Shown in pieces: positions 29,566 to 39,652 of a stretch of DNA of 64,000 nucleotides. The notes beneath the pieces were generated by a model. It searched no databases. It had not been told where the DNA came from and saw nothing but the letters and a program-made list of their open reading frames with translations. A program made the translations under genes and the position numbers. Each line of letters begins with the position of its first letter. Positions within the stretch are counted from its first letter, which is position 1. The stretch spans positions 26,132 to 90,131 of the forward strand of contig JBHJOR010000010.1 of the NCBI GenBank assembly GCA_050329585.1. Direction: 5' to 3'. The DNA comes from Candidatus Methylacidiphilales bacterium. Its GTDB lineage: Bacteria > Verrucomicrobiota > Verrucomicrobiia > Methylacidiphilales > JBCBYL01.

Positions 29566-30297
29566 TTAATTGTTGAGCTGTATTTCGTGAGACAACACAG
29601 CACAAAGATATAGAGCAGCCGTTTCAGCGCGAAGTACGTTCGAGCCCAGAGTTACCGGCACGAAACCTGCAGAAAGAAAAACGCCTAATTCCACGGGAGA
29701 AAAGTCCCCTTCGGGTCCCACTGCTGCCGTTACGGAAGGCGTTTTTGCGGACTTGAATGAAGTGAGGAGTGTGCTTCTCAGCGAGCGTGCTCCAGGTTGT
29801 AGCGATGCCAATACATGCAGATGATCTTGAGGAATCGACTGCACCGCAGAATTTACCGTGATAAGTGGATTCAAAACAGGGAGGTGGTTGCGCCCGCATT
29901 GTTTGCAGGCCGCAATGATTTCTTGCTTCCATTTCTCGACTTTAGAATGATCTTCCTCATCTGCGCGGACGATGGAACGTTCTGAAAGTAACGGAGTGAT
30001 GCTGGTGACTCCAAGTTCAGTAGCTTTTTCCAATACCAGCGACCAAGATTTAGCTTTGGTGATCGCTGCCCATAAGTGGATGGAGTAGTCGGGCGGTGGG
30101 CTTTGGTGCGATGAAACAATTGAAAAAAGAGTTTCGTATTTAGAGATTCGGCTGACCTCTGCCGTAGCTTCTCTGCCCACCCCGTCAAAAAGGGAGATCA
30201 GATCACCCTGTCGGATCCTGAGAACATGTTGGGCGTGATGGTTTTCGGAATCAACCAATCTTCCCGCATCCAAATCAGGACAATAAAAACGGTGCAT
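29566..30297 (-). CDS. rsmE: 16S rRNA (uracil1498-N3)-methyltransferase RsmE
   Basis: 'MHRFYCPDL', 'HHAQHVLRIRQGD' and C-terminal 'LGSNVLRAETAAL' SPOUT-knot motifs. Confidence 0.85.
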   Translation of the reverse strand: MHRFYCPDLDAGRLVDSENHHAQHVLRIRQGDLISLFDGVGREATAEVSRISKYETLFSIVSSHQSPPPDYSIHLWAAITKAKSWSLVLEKATELGVTSITPLLSERSIVRADEEDHSKVEKWKQEIIAACKQCGRNHLPVLNPLITVNSAVQSIPQDHLHVLASLQPGARSLRSTLLTSFKSAKTPSVTAAVGPEGDFSPVELGVFLSAGFVPVTLGSNVLRAETAALYLCAVLSHEIQLNN

Positions 30298-30308
30298 GCG
30301 TGCGGGGC

Positions 30309-31466
30309 TTAGGAGAAAAAGCTTTTGGCTTTTTCGAAGAAGGACTGGCTTTCCGGATTGGTGTCCTCATCGCAAACTTGGGCGAATTCTTGAAGTTTGT
30401 TTTTTTGTTCAGCAGTCAATTTTTTAGGTACTTCGACATAGATGCGGGCATTCAAATCTCCCGGGGTCCCTCCGCGTAGATCAGGAACACCTTTGCCGCG
30501 AAGCCGGAAGATTTTACCACTGGGAGTTCCAGGCGGGATTTTGACCGAAGCTTTTCCTTCGAGCGTGGGAACAATAATTTCACCCCCCAGAGCGGCTTTG
30601 ACGAAGCTAATAGGAACTTCGCAATAAAGATCCTGATCGTGTCGCTCAAAAAGAGCATGGCTCTTGATGTGAATGACAATGTAGAGATCCCCCGAAGCGG
30701 ATCCACGGACGCCCGCTTCACCTTGGCCGGGGGATCGCAAGCGTGATCCGGTATCGACCCCGGCTGGTATTTTTATTTTTATTTTGGACGTTTTTTCCAC
30801 ACGGCCCGCGCCGTTGCAGACTTGGCATGGGCGTTCAATGACTTGGCCGGATCCATGACAGGTCGGGCAGGTCTGGGTCATGGAGAAGAAGCCGCGCGAG
30901 ACGGAGACTTGTCCTCGGCCGCCGCAGGTGGTGCACGTAACGACCTTGGATCCTTTGGCTGCACCGGATCCTTCGCAGCTGTCACACTTTTCGGGCTTGC
31001 GGATAGAAATTTCTTTTTCGGTGCCTAGAACGGCTTCTTCCAAACTAATCTCGAGGTCGTAACGCAGATCGGCGCCACGTCCGCCTGCGGCGCGGCCGCC
31101 GCTCTGAAAGGCATCGCTAAAAATATCGCCGAAAACGGATCCGCCTCCACCGCCACCCGCCCCGAAGACCTCGCGGAAGATGTCAAAAGGATCATGGAAT
31201 CCTCCTCCTGCTCCAGCGGCGGAAGAGAAGCCACCTTGTTCAAAAGCGCCATGACCATAACGGTCGTAGGCGGCCCGTTTATCGGCATCGCTCAGGACTT
31301 CATAAGCTTCACCGAGTTCCTTGAATTTGTTTTCAGCGTCTTTATCGCCCGGATTTTTGTCCGGGTGGTATTTGACAGCCATTTTGCGGTAGGCTTTTTT
31401 GATTTCCTCCTCACTGGCGGACTTGGTCACGCCGAGAATTTCGTAGTAATCGCGTTTACTGGCCAT
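30309..31466 (-). CDS. dnaJ: Molecular chaperone DnaJ
   Basis: J domain 'DYYEILGV...KYHPDKN', a G/F-rich linker and four CxxCxGxG zinc-finger repeats. Confidence 0.95.
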   Translation of the reverse strand: MASKRDYYEILGVTKSASEEEIKKAYRKMAVKYHPDKNPGDKDAENKFKELGEAYEVLSDADKRAAYDRYGHGAFEQGGFSSAAGAGGGFHDPFDIFREVFGAGGGGGGSVFGDIFSDAFQSGGRAAGGRGADLRYDLEISLEEAVLGTEKEISIRKPEKCDSCEGSGAAKGSKVVTCTTCGGRGQVSVSRGFFSMTQTCPTCHGSGQVIERPCQVCNGAGRVEKTSKIKIKIPAGVDTGSRLRSPGQGEAGVRGSASGDLYIVIHIKSHALFERHDQDLYCEVPISFVKAALGGEIIVPTLEGKASVKIPPGTPSGKIFRLRGKGVPDLRGGTPGDLNARIYVEVPKKLTAEQKNKLQEFAQVCDEDTNPESQSFFEKAKSFFS

Positions 31467-31476
31467 GGCGTGAACT

Positions 31477-32016
31477 TCAATTAGAATGGGCGACGACCAC
31501 TGAAGCGGGCCGGATCAGGCGGTCGCCGAGTTTATAACCCTTGCGAATTTGCTCCACCACCGTTCCATCGGGATGCTCGGTGGTTTCTTTTCTAGAAACC
31601 GCTTCATGCAGATTGGGATCAAATGCTGCACCACGGGCGTCAATGGTTTGGATGCCTTGATCTTCGAGAAATTTTTGCAACTGGGTTTTGACCATTTGCA
31701 TGCCTAGGAGAATGGATTTGGGATCTGAGGCAGATTCTGCGGCGGAAAGACCCAGCTCGAAATTATCCACCACCGGGAGAAGTTCCTCCAAGAGGCGGGA
31801 ATTAGCGTAACGCACGGTCTCCTCTTTTTCCCGTTCCAAGCGACGGCGAGAGTTTTCCAAATCAGCATGGAGGCGGGTGGCTTTTTCTCTGAGTTGGGTG
31901 ATTTCCTCTGCGGCTGCGCGCGCGCGTTGCCAGCTTTGGGCATCTACCAGCTCATATTTTGAGGAACCTGGTGGAGTATTGGATGATGAGGTTGAATCGT
32001 GTGAATCGTTAGGCAT
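31477..32016 (-). CDS. grpE: Nucleotide exchange factor GrpE
   Basis: '[16 protein letters not shown]', 'LLPVVDNFE' and '[16 protein letters not shown]'. Confidence 0.9.
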   Translation of the reverse strand: MPNDSHDSTSSSNTPPGSSKYELVDAQSWQRARAAAEEITQLREKATRLHADLENSRRRLEREKEETVRYANSRLLEELLPVVDNFELGLSAAESASDPKSILLGMQMVKTQLQKFLEDQGIQTIDARGAAFDPNLHEAVSRKETTEHPDGTVVEQIRKGYKLGDRLIRPASVVVAHSN

Positions 32017-32104
32017 AACGGTCTTAGAGTATGATGGTGGAATAACATAGTGATGAGGATGCGGCTGTCAATCATGTGGCTGTCCTCTTGCGTCGAAATA
32101 CAAA

Positions 32105-33106
32105 ATGCGGCATTTTAGTACGATGTCGTCAAAGCGTCTCAGCATTTTTCTTGGAATCTCATTGGTTCTGCATTTGATGCTGATACTCCTTTTGGCCAGT
32201 GGAATGCTGAGGTGGATCGAGCGTGCGCCTCAACCGGTGCCACCTTCCCAGACCGTACGTTTGACATTGGTGGAGCGTCCACCCGCCACACCGCCGGACG
32301 CTATGCCACAACAGAGACCTTTTGTGGAAACGGAAGACTCTTTAAAGATTGAAGAAGCCGATCCTAATGCGGCTTTTCAGGCGGCGGAGAATACAAGGGC
32401 ACAGTCCAGGCAAGTGATGGACAGCCAAAGTGTCGTACCACATTTAACCGGAGAAAACCGGGATAGTATGATTTTAAGGGACAGTCCCTATTCGCCGCAA
32501 GTGGAGGGCCAGGTATCTCCCCGTCCTTCTGAAGACCCAACAGAAAAACAGGAGCCTCAGGAGGAAGCCCGTGAGTCTGAAGCGGCACCTGTTGTGAATC
32601 TCCCTCGCGATGGTCAAAGGCCACTGTTATCCAGAGAAGAAGAGGCCGAGCGACGCAAGTTGCTGGAAGAGCAGAAAAAGAAAATGGAAGCACGGGTTGC
32701 AAATTCTCCGAGGGCACCGCCTATGGCCTTCTCCGCCGAGCGGCGCCAGACCAGTCTGACGGGTGGAGGCGTGCGTGGTGATACGGATTCTTTTGGCGCG
32801 GAGCAAACGGATCTGGGCCGATATAAGCAGAAGCTTTATCGTGCAGTGGGATCCCGATGGTACGCCTACATCGAGCAGTCGAAGGGTTTGGTGGCCTTGG
32901 GAAATGTGCGTATTCGGTTCTACGTTCGTTCTGATGGGGTCTTCGAACAATTAAAAGTGATTTCAGGTGACGGTTCTTCCCATTTATATGTGGTTTCGAG
33001 GCGCTCGATTATGGAAAATAGCGGTCAATTGGAGCCTTTTTCTGAGCGGATGAAGGAGCAATTAGGTGACGGATACTGGGAAGAGATTTCGTTTACGATT
33101 CATTAA
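32105..33106 (+). CDS. TonB/TolA-like energy-transducer candidate
   Basis: N-terminal TM 'IFLGISLVLHLMLILLLA', a long P/E/Q-rich linker, and a C-terminal 'YKQKLYRAVGSRWY...GNVRIRFYVRSDGVFEQLKV' TonB_C-like fold. It sits directly upstream of an exbB/exbD pair. Confidence 0.5.
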   Translation: MRHFSTMSSKRLSIFLGISLVLHLMLILLLASGMLRWIERAPQPVPPSQTVRLTLVERPPATPPDAMPQQRPFVETEDSLKIEEADPNAAFQAAENTRAQSRQVMDSQSVVPHLTGENRDSMILRDSPYSPQVEGQVSPRPSEDPTEKQEPQEEARESEAAPVVNLPRDGQRPLLSREEEAERRKLLEEQKKKMEARVANSPRAPPMAFSAERRQTSLTGGGVRGDTDSFGAEQTDLGRYKQKLYRAVGSRWYAYIEQSKGLVALGNVRIRFYVRSDGVFEQLKVISGDGSSHLYVVSRRSIMENSGQLEPFSERMKEQLGDGYWEEISFTIH

Positions 33107-33173
33107 CGGGGGAGCGGTTGAAGACATGAGTTTTTTCTTTCGCAATTGAGAATTGGAAGCATGATGCGCTGCT

Positions 33174-33815
33174 ATGTTTGAAGGATTGATTGATTTTTTC
33201 GTCAGCGGTGGTTTTTTTATGTTACCGCTGGCATTGTGTTCGGTGGTTTCTGTGGCCTTTATTGTGGAACGCGGGATAGCTCTTCGCCGCTCTGAGGTCA
33301 TTCCTTCGGATTTGTATGGAGCAATGATGCGGATGCGAATGGGTCAGGATACAACTGAGATTCAACAAATGGCCGCTCCCGGCAGCTCGACACTAGCCCG
33401 ATTGGTGAGGATTTGCCTTGAGCATTTACCCTGGAGTAAAGCGGAAAATGTGGAAGCGGTGCAAACTCAGGCCCGCACAGAAATTTCTAAGCTGGAGCGG
33501 GGGTTGGTTGTACTGGAAATCACCACGGGGGTAGCTCCTTTATTGGGTTTGTTAGGCACCGCATCAGGTTTGATCACTGTTTTTGCTAATATCGGAGAGG
33601 TAGGGTTGGACAATCAGGGAATGATCATCGCGCGTGGAATCGCTGAGGCGTTGAACACTACGGTGGCCGGATTGGTGATCGCCATACCGTCCCTTATTGC
33701 TCACAGCTACTACAGTAAAAAAATTGAAGCCATGGCGGTGGAAATGGAAAGCCTTTGCATGGATTTTCTGACGAAATGTTATTTGAACTCGGGTGAGGCA
33801 ACCCCTGATTCCTGA
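33174..33815 (+). CDS. exbB: MotA/TolQ/ExbB proton-channel protein
   Basis: 'APLLGLLGTASGLITVF' and 'ALNTTVAGLVIAIPSLIAHSYY'. Confidence 0.85.
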   Translation: MFEGLIDFFVSGGFFMLPLALCSVVSVAFIVERGIALRRSEVIPSDLYGAMMRMRMGQDTTEIQQMAAPGSSTLARLVRICLEHLPWSKAENVEAVQTQARTEISKLERGLVVLEITTGVAPLLGLLGTASGLITVFANIGEVGLDNQGMIIARGIAEALNTTVAGLVIAIPSLIAHSYYSKKIEAMAVEMESLCMDFLTKCYLNSGEATPDS

Positions 33816-33826
33816 GGGGCGAGGCC

Positions 33827-34243
33827 ATGCAGTTTTACAGCCGACCCAAGCGTCCGTTGACCATCAACATCGTGTCGATGATCGACATCCTTTCTATATT
33901 GTTGATTTTTTTCATTGTGACGACGACCTTCAAGAAGGCGACCCCGAAAGTTGAGATCAAATTACCCGAGTCGGCCCGAGCCCAAGAAGCGGAGAATCCC
34001 AACGAGCCGGTAATGATTTACCTGACCAAAGAACAACAGATCTTCCTAGGTGAACGACCAGTGGTTTTGGATCAGTTGGCCGGGGATTTGAGGGCAGAAG
34101 TGGCAAGGCAACCCAACAAGGTATTCGTGCTTGAGGCCGATGAGGGGATTCCTCTGGGATTTTTTGTCAAAGTCATGGATGCGGCTAAGGAAGCTGGACT
34201 GGCAGATCTCTCACTCAATACGCGCAAGCCTGAAAAGCCATGA
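33827..34243 (+). CDS. exbD: ExbD/TolR biopolymer transport protein
   Basis: 'NIVSMIDILSILLIFFI' and 'VLEADEGIPLGFFVKVMDAAKEAGL'. Confidence 0.85.
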   Translation: MQFYSRPKRPLTINIVSMIDILSILLIFFIVTTTFKKATPKVEIKLPESARAQEAENPNEPVMIYLTKEQQIFLGERPVVLDQLAGDLRAEVARQPNKVFVLEADEGIPLGFFVKVMDAAKEAGLADLSLNTRKPEKP

Positions 34244-34815
34244 TTTTAGAAATAGTGCTCTACGGCCATCCTGTCTTGAGGAAAAAAGGCTTACTGGTAG
34301 AAACCATTACCCCCGAACTTTTAAAGCTGGCTGAAGATATGATCGACACCATGCATAACGCGCAGGGAGTGGGTTTGGCCGCTCAGCAGGTGGGGCATGC
34401 CTTGCAGTTGGCCGTGGTGGACATCCCGCCCGACACGGAAGCACCCTCGCGGATGTGGATGGGGGGACTTCCAGTGGATTGGCGTGAGTATATGCCGATG
34501 GTTTTGATTAACCCTGAGGTGAAAACGATTAAATCGCGCTCGGTAGCCGAGGAGGGGTGTTTGAGCTTTCCCGGCATTACGGCTGAAATCTCCAGATCGA
34601 GCCGGATCCATTGCTGCTGCCTTAACGAAGAGGGAAAAAAGGTTGAATTTGAGGCAGATGGCTTGTTAGGGCGCGCGGTTCAGCATGAGTTGGATCACCT
34701 GAAGGGGGTGCTGTTCACGGATCATATGCTGGCGGAAGAAAAAAGGGCTTGGCGTGCCGATATTGAAACCATACGCCTGAAGGGACAGGAGCAGGCCCGT
34801 GGTATCACCCGATGA
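34240..34815 (+). CDS. def: Peptide deformylase
   Basis: The three PDF motifs are present: 'GVGLAAQQVG', 'EGCLSFPG' and 'QHELDHLKG'. Confidence 0.95.
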   Translation: MILEIVLYGHPVLRKKGLLVETITPELLKLAEDMIDTMHNAQGVGLAAQQVGHALQLAVVDIPPDTEAPSRMWMGGLPVDWREYMPMVLINPEVKTIKSRSVAEEGCLSFPGITAEISRSSRIHCCCLNEEGKKVEFEADGLLGRAVQHELDHLKGVLFTDHMLAEEKRAWRADIETIRLKGQEQARGITR

Positions 34816-35506
34816 TGTCATTCAACATCCCGTGAAATGGAATGAAATCAAAGCGGTGCTTTTTGATTTGGATGGCACCCTGCTGAATACTCTGGATGAC
34901 ATTGTGGAGGCGGCTAACCGGGTATTGATCCGCCATGGTTATCCTTCACATGATCATGAACAGTATAAGCGTATGGTCGGGGACGGTCCTGCGGTGTTAT
35001 TCCAACGCGCCATTAGGACTACCGATGCGAGTGATCCTGTTCTTGCGACGTTGGTCGAAGCGTATCAGAAAGAATGCGCGTTACAGGCGGATCGCCACGC
35101 GCGGCTTTTCCCGGGAATGGAAGTGCTATTAAACGGACTCAGTGCACGGCGTTTACGTCTGGCGGTTCTGACCAATAAATTACAGCCTCATGCTGACAAC
35201 GTGATGGCTCATTTTTTTAACAGGTGGCGCTGGGAATGCGTGTTGGGGAGTGGTGGACATGTGGCACGCAAGCCGGATCCGGAAGGAGCTTTGCGCATTG
35301 CGGAACTTTTGTGCATTACCCCTGGCGAGTGTTTATTTTTGGGGGATACCGATGTGGATATGATGACGGCCAAACGTGCCGGGATGCTTCCGGTGGGAGT
35401 CTTGTGGGGCTTCCGCTCTGAAGAAGAGCTTCGGCATCACGGTGCGGAGTTGATTCTGGAGCGGCCAGAGGATCTTTTGGAACACTTGCCCGCAGTTCGC
35501 TATTGA
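34799..35506 (+). CDS. HAD-superfamily hydrolase (phosphoglycolate phosphatase-like)
   Basis: 'VLFDLDGTLLNT', 'LTNK' and 'FLGDTDVDMMTAKRAGM' are HAD motifs I, II and IV. Confidence 0.8.
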   Translation: MVSPDDVIQHPVKWNEIKAVLFDLDGTLLNTLDDIVEAANRVLIRHGYPSHDHEQYKRMVGDGPAVLFQRAIRTTDASDPVLATLVEAYQKECALQADRHARLFPGMEVLLNGLSARRLRLAVLTNKLQPHADNVMAHFFNRWRWECVLGSGGHVARKPDPEGALRIAELLCITPGECLFLGDTDVDMMTAKRAGMLPVGVLWGFRSEEELRHHGAELILERPEDLLEHLPAVRY

Positions 35507-35536
35507 AGCGCTTGTTATGTCTTGCAGTGTGCTGAT

Positions 35537-36685
35537 ATGCGCATCGTTGTAACCGGCCTGATAGGACAATATCCATTTGGTGGTGTGATCTGGGATTACA
35601 TCCAATATGTCACTGGTTTCCGCAAGCTTGGACATGAGGTGTATTACCTCGAAGATACCGGTGTCTGGCCTTACGACCCGATCAAAGAAACCATTACGGA
35701 GGATTGCACGTATCAAGTGGAATCCTTAAGTCGCATCATGAAGGATTTCGGGATGGATCAACGTTGGATTTACCGCAATGCTGCGGACGGAGTCTTTCAT
35801 GGGGCGGGTGAGGAGGTGGCGAGGGACTTGATGAAGTATGGAGACCTGTTGGTGAATGTTTCCACCGCCAGTTGGTTCGAGGATTATGAGGTGGGAATCG
35901 CCCACCAGATGTTCATTGATGGCGATCCACTTTTCACTCAAGTCAGGATGGCGATGGATCCTGAAGGCTCCTACACCAAACGCTTGCGCGCGCATGATAG
36001 CCATTTCAGTTTTGGATTGAATTTACATGGAAAGGATTGTCGGGTTCCTGATACGGGTATTCACTGGAAGCCGACACTACAACCGGTGGATTTGGACTTT
36101 TGGAGGTATTCAGAAGACCAAGATAACGGGGCGTATACTACTGTGATGAACTGGGTAAGCTACAAGCCGGTAGAGTGGGAGGGGAAAGCTTATGGTCAGA
36201 AAGACATAGAGTTTCTCCGTTTTGTCGATCTTCCTCAGCTCAGTGGTAAGCGTTTTTCGGTGGCCATGGGACAGGGAATTGGAAAAAAAAGACCGACCGA
36301 GATGTTAATTGAAAAGGGTTGGACTATTTTAGAACCGGATGAGCATCTGGCAGATCATCATGCCTATCACCGCTTCTTGAGCCGGTCACATGCGGAGTGG
36401 AGTATAGCCAAACAAGGATATGTGGAGGGTTGGACGGGATGGTTCAGTTGTCGCACCGCTTGCTACCTCGCGGCGGGTCGTCCTGCTTTGGTGCAAGACA
36501 CTGGGTGGACCGCTCATTTGCCGCATGGTCAGGGACTGCTGTCTTTTATTGATGAGAGCGAATGCAAGGCAGGTTTGAATTCTATCGATGGAGACTATGA
36601 AAGGCACCGCCGGGCGGCGCGCTGTTTTGCGGAAGAATATTTGGATTCAGAAAAAGTGTGCCGTAAGCTGCTCGAGAGCGCCTGA
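35537..36685 (+). CDS. Conserved hypothetical protein, possibly GT-B-fold glycosyltransferase-like
   Basis: The start 'MRIVVTGLIGQYPFGGVIWDYIQYVTGFRKLGHEVYYLED' and the tail 'AARCFAEEYLDSEKVCRKLL' resemble GT-B enzymes. I see no clear EX7E motif. Confidence 0.45.
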   Translation: MRIVVTGLIGQYPFGGVIWDYIQYVTGFRKLGHEVYYLEDTGVWPYDPIKETITEDCTYQVESLSRIMKDFGMDQRWIYRNAADGVFHGAGEEVARDLMKYGDLLVNVSTASWFEDYEVGIAHQMFIDGDPLFTQVRMAMDPEGSYTKRLRAHDSHFSFGLNLHGKDCRVPDTGIHWKPTLQPVDLDFWRYSEDQDNGAYTTVMNWVSYKPVEWEGKAYGQKDIEFLRFVDLPQLSGKRFSVAMGQGIGKKRPTEMLIEKGWTILEPDEHLADHHAYHRFLSRSHAEWSIAKQGYVEGWTGWFSCRTACYLAAGRPALVQDTGWTAHLPHGQGLLSFIDESECKAGLNSIDGDYERHRRAARCFAEEYLDSEKVCRKLLESA

Positions 36686-36820
36686 CCCCCCCCGTTAACC
36701 TGCAAGCTATTATAAATTAAATTGAGAAGGTTGGCCTTCTAATGCTGATGGCATCTAGCTTGGAGGCTTTGCAAGATTTTTTTGCTTTGTCAGTTTATCA
36801 AACTGAACTAGGCTTAAGAT

Positions 36821-39652
36821 GTGTTAAAATCGTTTGCTTATATTGCCTTCGTGATAATAGGAATGAGTCTGATGCCATGGTTTCCATCGCATGCTCAGAT
36901 CATTTCCACGTGGACAGGTACCAATGCAAACTGGCAGGCAGGCGCAAATTGGACGGCCGGAGTACCTAATTCATCCCTTGATACCGCCATTTTTGCAGGG
37001 GCCAATTAGCCAGTGGTTAACCGTGGCGGCAGTTTGAACAATCTAGGACGGCTGCAGTATGATTCGGGAACCATATCCAGAACGATCACGGGTAACCAAA
37101 TTTCCCTAGCTGGAGTTGGAGGGCTTGGGGTGATTAACAATGCAGTGAACGCTCAGACCATCAGCGTGGCGATGAATCTTCTGGCTGATCAGGCTTGGCA
37201 GTTGAATGCGGGGTTACTGACTCTTGCAGGTCAATTCCAGCTCAATGAATTTGATCTCAACCTTGATGGCCCTGGAAATATGGCATTTACCAACCAACTC
37301 AGTGGAAATAATGCGCTGATTCTTCGCAGCGGCACCGGAAATACCACATTCAGTGGGCCCCTGTTTGGAAATGCGGCAACGATTTATCGGCAAACTGGCA
37401 CCGGTGTTTCCACCTTTACGGGTAGTGCCCTTCAAGCCAGGGGCGAAATCGAAGCAGGGCGGGTCGATCTAAACACCTCCACCTCGCAAGGATTTCTATC
37501 TGGTCTTTTTATTGGAGGAGCAGGCAATCCAGCAGAAGTGCGACTGCTCTCATCGGGAAGGATTTTTGAGTTTCAGAAGGTCAATATTTTGGAAGACGGC
37601 CTGTTGAATCTGAATGGGTTCAATCAGCGCCTCGAAGGATTGATCATGACCGGTGGATTGGCCCAATCCGGCGGCGGCACACTGACACTGACTAATTCAG
37701 GCTCGGGACCGCGGATCACTACAAATGCCTCGGCGGTGACATCCACAATATCTGGAAAGGTGGCACTGGAATCCTATTCGAGCGAATTTAACATAGCTGA
37801 CGGGGCGGCTGCGACGGATGCGCTGGTCACAGCCAATATCACTGGAAGCAATACCCGTATTCTAAAAACGGGAGATGGCACGTTGAGTGTCACTGGTAAC
37901 AACACCTTTGGCACCGGTACTACCGGCTCCAATTCCGCGTGGAATATTCAGTCAGGGACTGTGGAGGTGACCTCCGACTCAAACTTGGGTGCTTCGTCCA
38001 ACAATATCTATCTGGATGGCGGGCGACTGCGGGTGGATGGCACCTTCACCAATACATCGAACAGAATTTTTGAAGTGGCCTTAGGTGGCGGCACCTTAGG
38101 GGTGACCAGTGGAAACACCTATACGCTAACCACTACCAATGATCGACTTCGGGGAAGTGGAGCGTTCGTCAAGGACGGTGATGGGATTCTCTTAATGAAT
38201 CAGAGCCATCCTAATTTTTCAGGAACTGTAACGGTGAATGACGGAACCCTGCGTGTGACCGCGTCGGATCGAAACATTTCTCTGGGAGGATCGACCACGT
38301 CGAGGATTCCTGAGGCCTTTATCAAAGCACTTGGCACCACCAACACGATCACCGTTAATAACGGAGGCTTATTAGAGGTTCTTAACACCTCCACGTCGAC
38401 GCCTTCGCGAATATTTATCGAGAGTGGAGTAACGTTGACCGTCCAAGACGGGGGAACGTTAAATATGGAAACAGCGTTTTCCGATATCGAGCTTTACGGC
38501 AACCTTGCATTGATGGGGGCAGGGGCCGTAGCCCAATTGACATCAGAGGATGATATTAAAATCAGAGGCACCACCAGCGTCAACGCTGCCACACTAAATA
38601 TGACCGCACGGGATGGTATCCAATTGGGAAATGGAAGTGCTGCGGCCAGTTTTGAAATCAGCGGAGGAGGAACGGCTCATATCCTCGTGGGGGGCACCGG
38701 TAAATCAGATCTGGATTTCACGATTTCCAACAACTCCACACTCAGCCTCTCTGGATCGGGCAATACCTTGAACATCAATGAAACCGTCACTACGGCAGCC
38801 GAACTGGATGTGAGATCCGGAGGAACACTAAGGATCGACGGTGGGAGCATCGTTAATGTTCTGGATAGCATGGATGTTCGATTGAATTCAGGCTCCATTT
38901 TTAATGGAGGGACTTCAATCACCAAAGGCACATTGAATGTAAGCGGAGATCTGCTGATTCAGGCCCCTACGATAACCAACACTCCCAATATCCTAATGTC
39001 ATCGACTGGTGCACAGAACATTCAATCCATTACGGGCACTACGACCCTGACCGGATTGGGAAACGTGATTCAGTCAGGCAGCGGAACCACCACTTTAGAC
39101 TCAAGCATAAGCAATCTTGATGCGACTCAGATCGACATCCAACATGGAACCTTTCTACTAGGTGCATCCAGTCGGATCGCTGACTCGACTGCTATGACCT
39201 TATCGGGGGGAACGTTTGCGACAGGCGGATTTTCTGAAACTCTGGATACGCTCACCTTATCGGCTTCATCGGTGATCAATATGGGCTCGGGTTCATCTGT
39301 TTTGCGCTATGCGGTTTCCTCCTCAGAAATATGGAACTCAGGCGCAAGTCTGGTGGTATCCCAATGGTCGGGATCACTCAGCGGGGGTGGAACCGACCAG
39401 CTTTATTTCGGTAACAATACTGGTGGAGTCACCGCCGGCCAATTGGCTCAAATTACGTTTCTTAACCCGGAGGGGTTTGATGCCGGCACCTATGGTGCTG
39501 TGATTCTATCAAGTGGAGAAGTGGTTCCCATTGTCCCCGAAGTGGAAACCTGGGTGGCCATAGCCGTGCTGATGGCCTGGATAGCATGGCATGCCAAGGC
39601 GAATCGACCATTTCTAATGTGGATTACGAGCCGGCGCCGATCGACGACTTGA
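36821..39652 (+). pseudogene. Giant autotransporter-associated beta-strand-repeat surface protein, split by an in-frame TAG at 37007-37009
   Basis: ORFs 36821-37009 (signal peptide plus the 'WTGTNANWQAGANWTAGVP' entry motif) and 37013-39652 share one frame, separated only by TAG-CCA. The body is G/T/S/N-rich with recurring 'G.GTL.L.G.NT..G.T.V..GTL' repeats. The C-terminus 'VPEVETWVAIAVLMAW...RRR' resembles a PEP-CTERM-type anchor. Confidence 0.7.

Noticed and set aside
32017-32104. Search for a CIRCE/HrcA operator upstream of grpE
   Set aside because: Neither strand shows an inverted repeat resembling TTAGCACTC-N9-GAGTGCTAA.
36742-36969. 75-aa ORF overlapping the start of the giant repeat gene in another frame
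   Set aside because: The overlapping frame starting at 36821 encodes a clear signal peptide and a family-typical entry motif. This ORF has neither.
39624-39652. 29-bp convergent overlap between the giant repeat gene and glmM
   Set aside because: Short 3'-3' overlaps are common in compact genomes. I see no structured element in the overlap.
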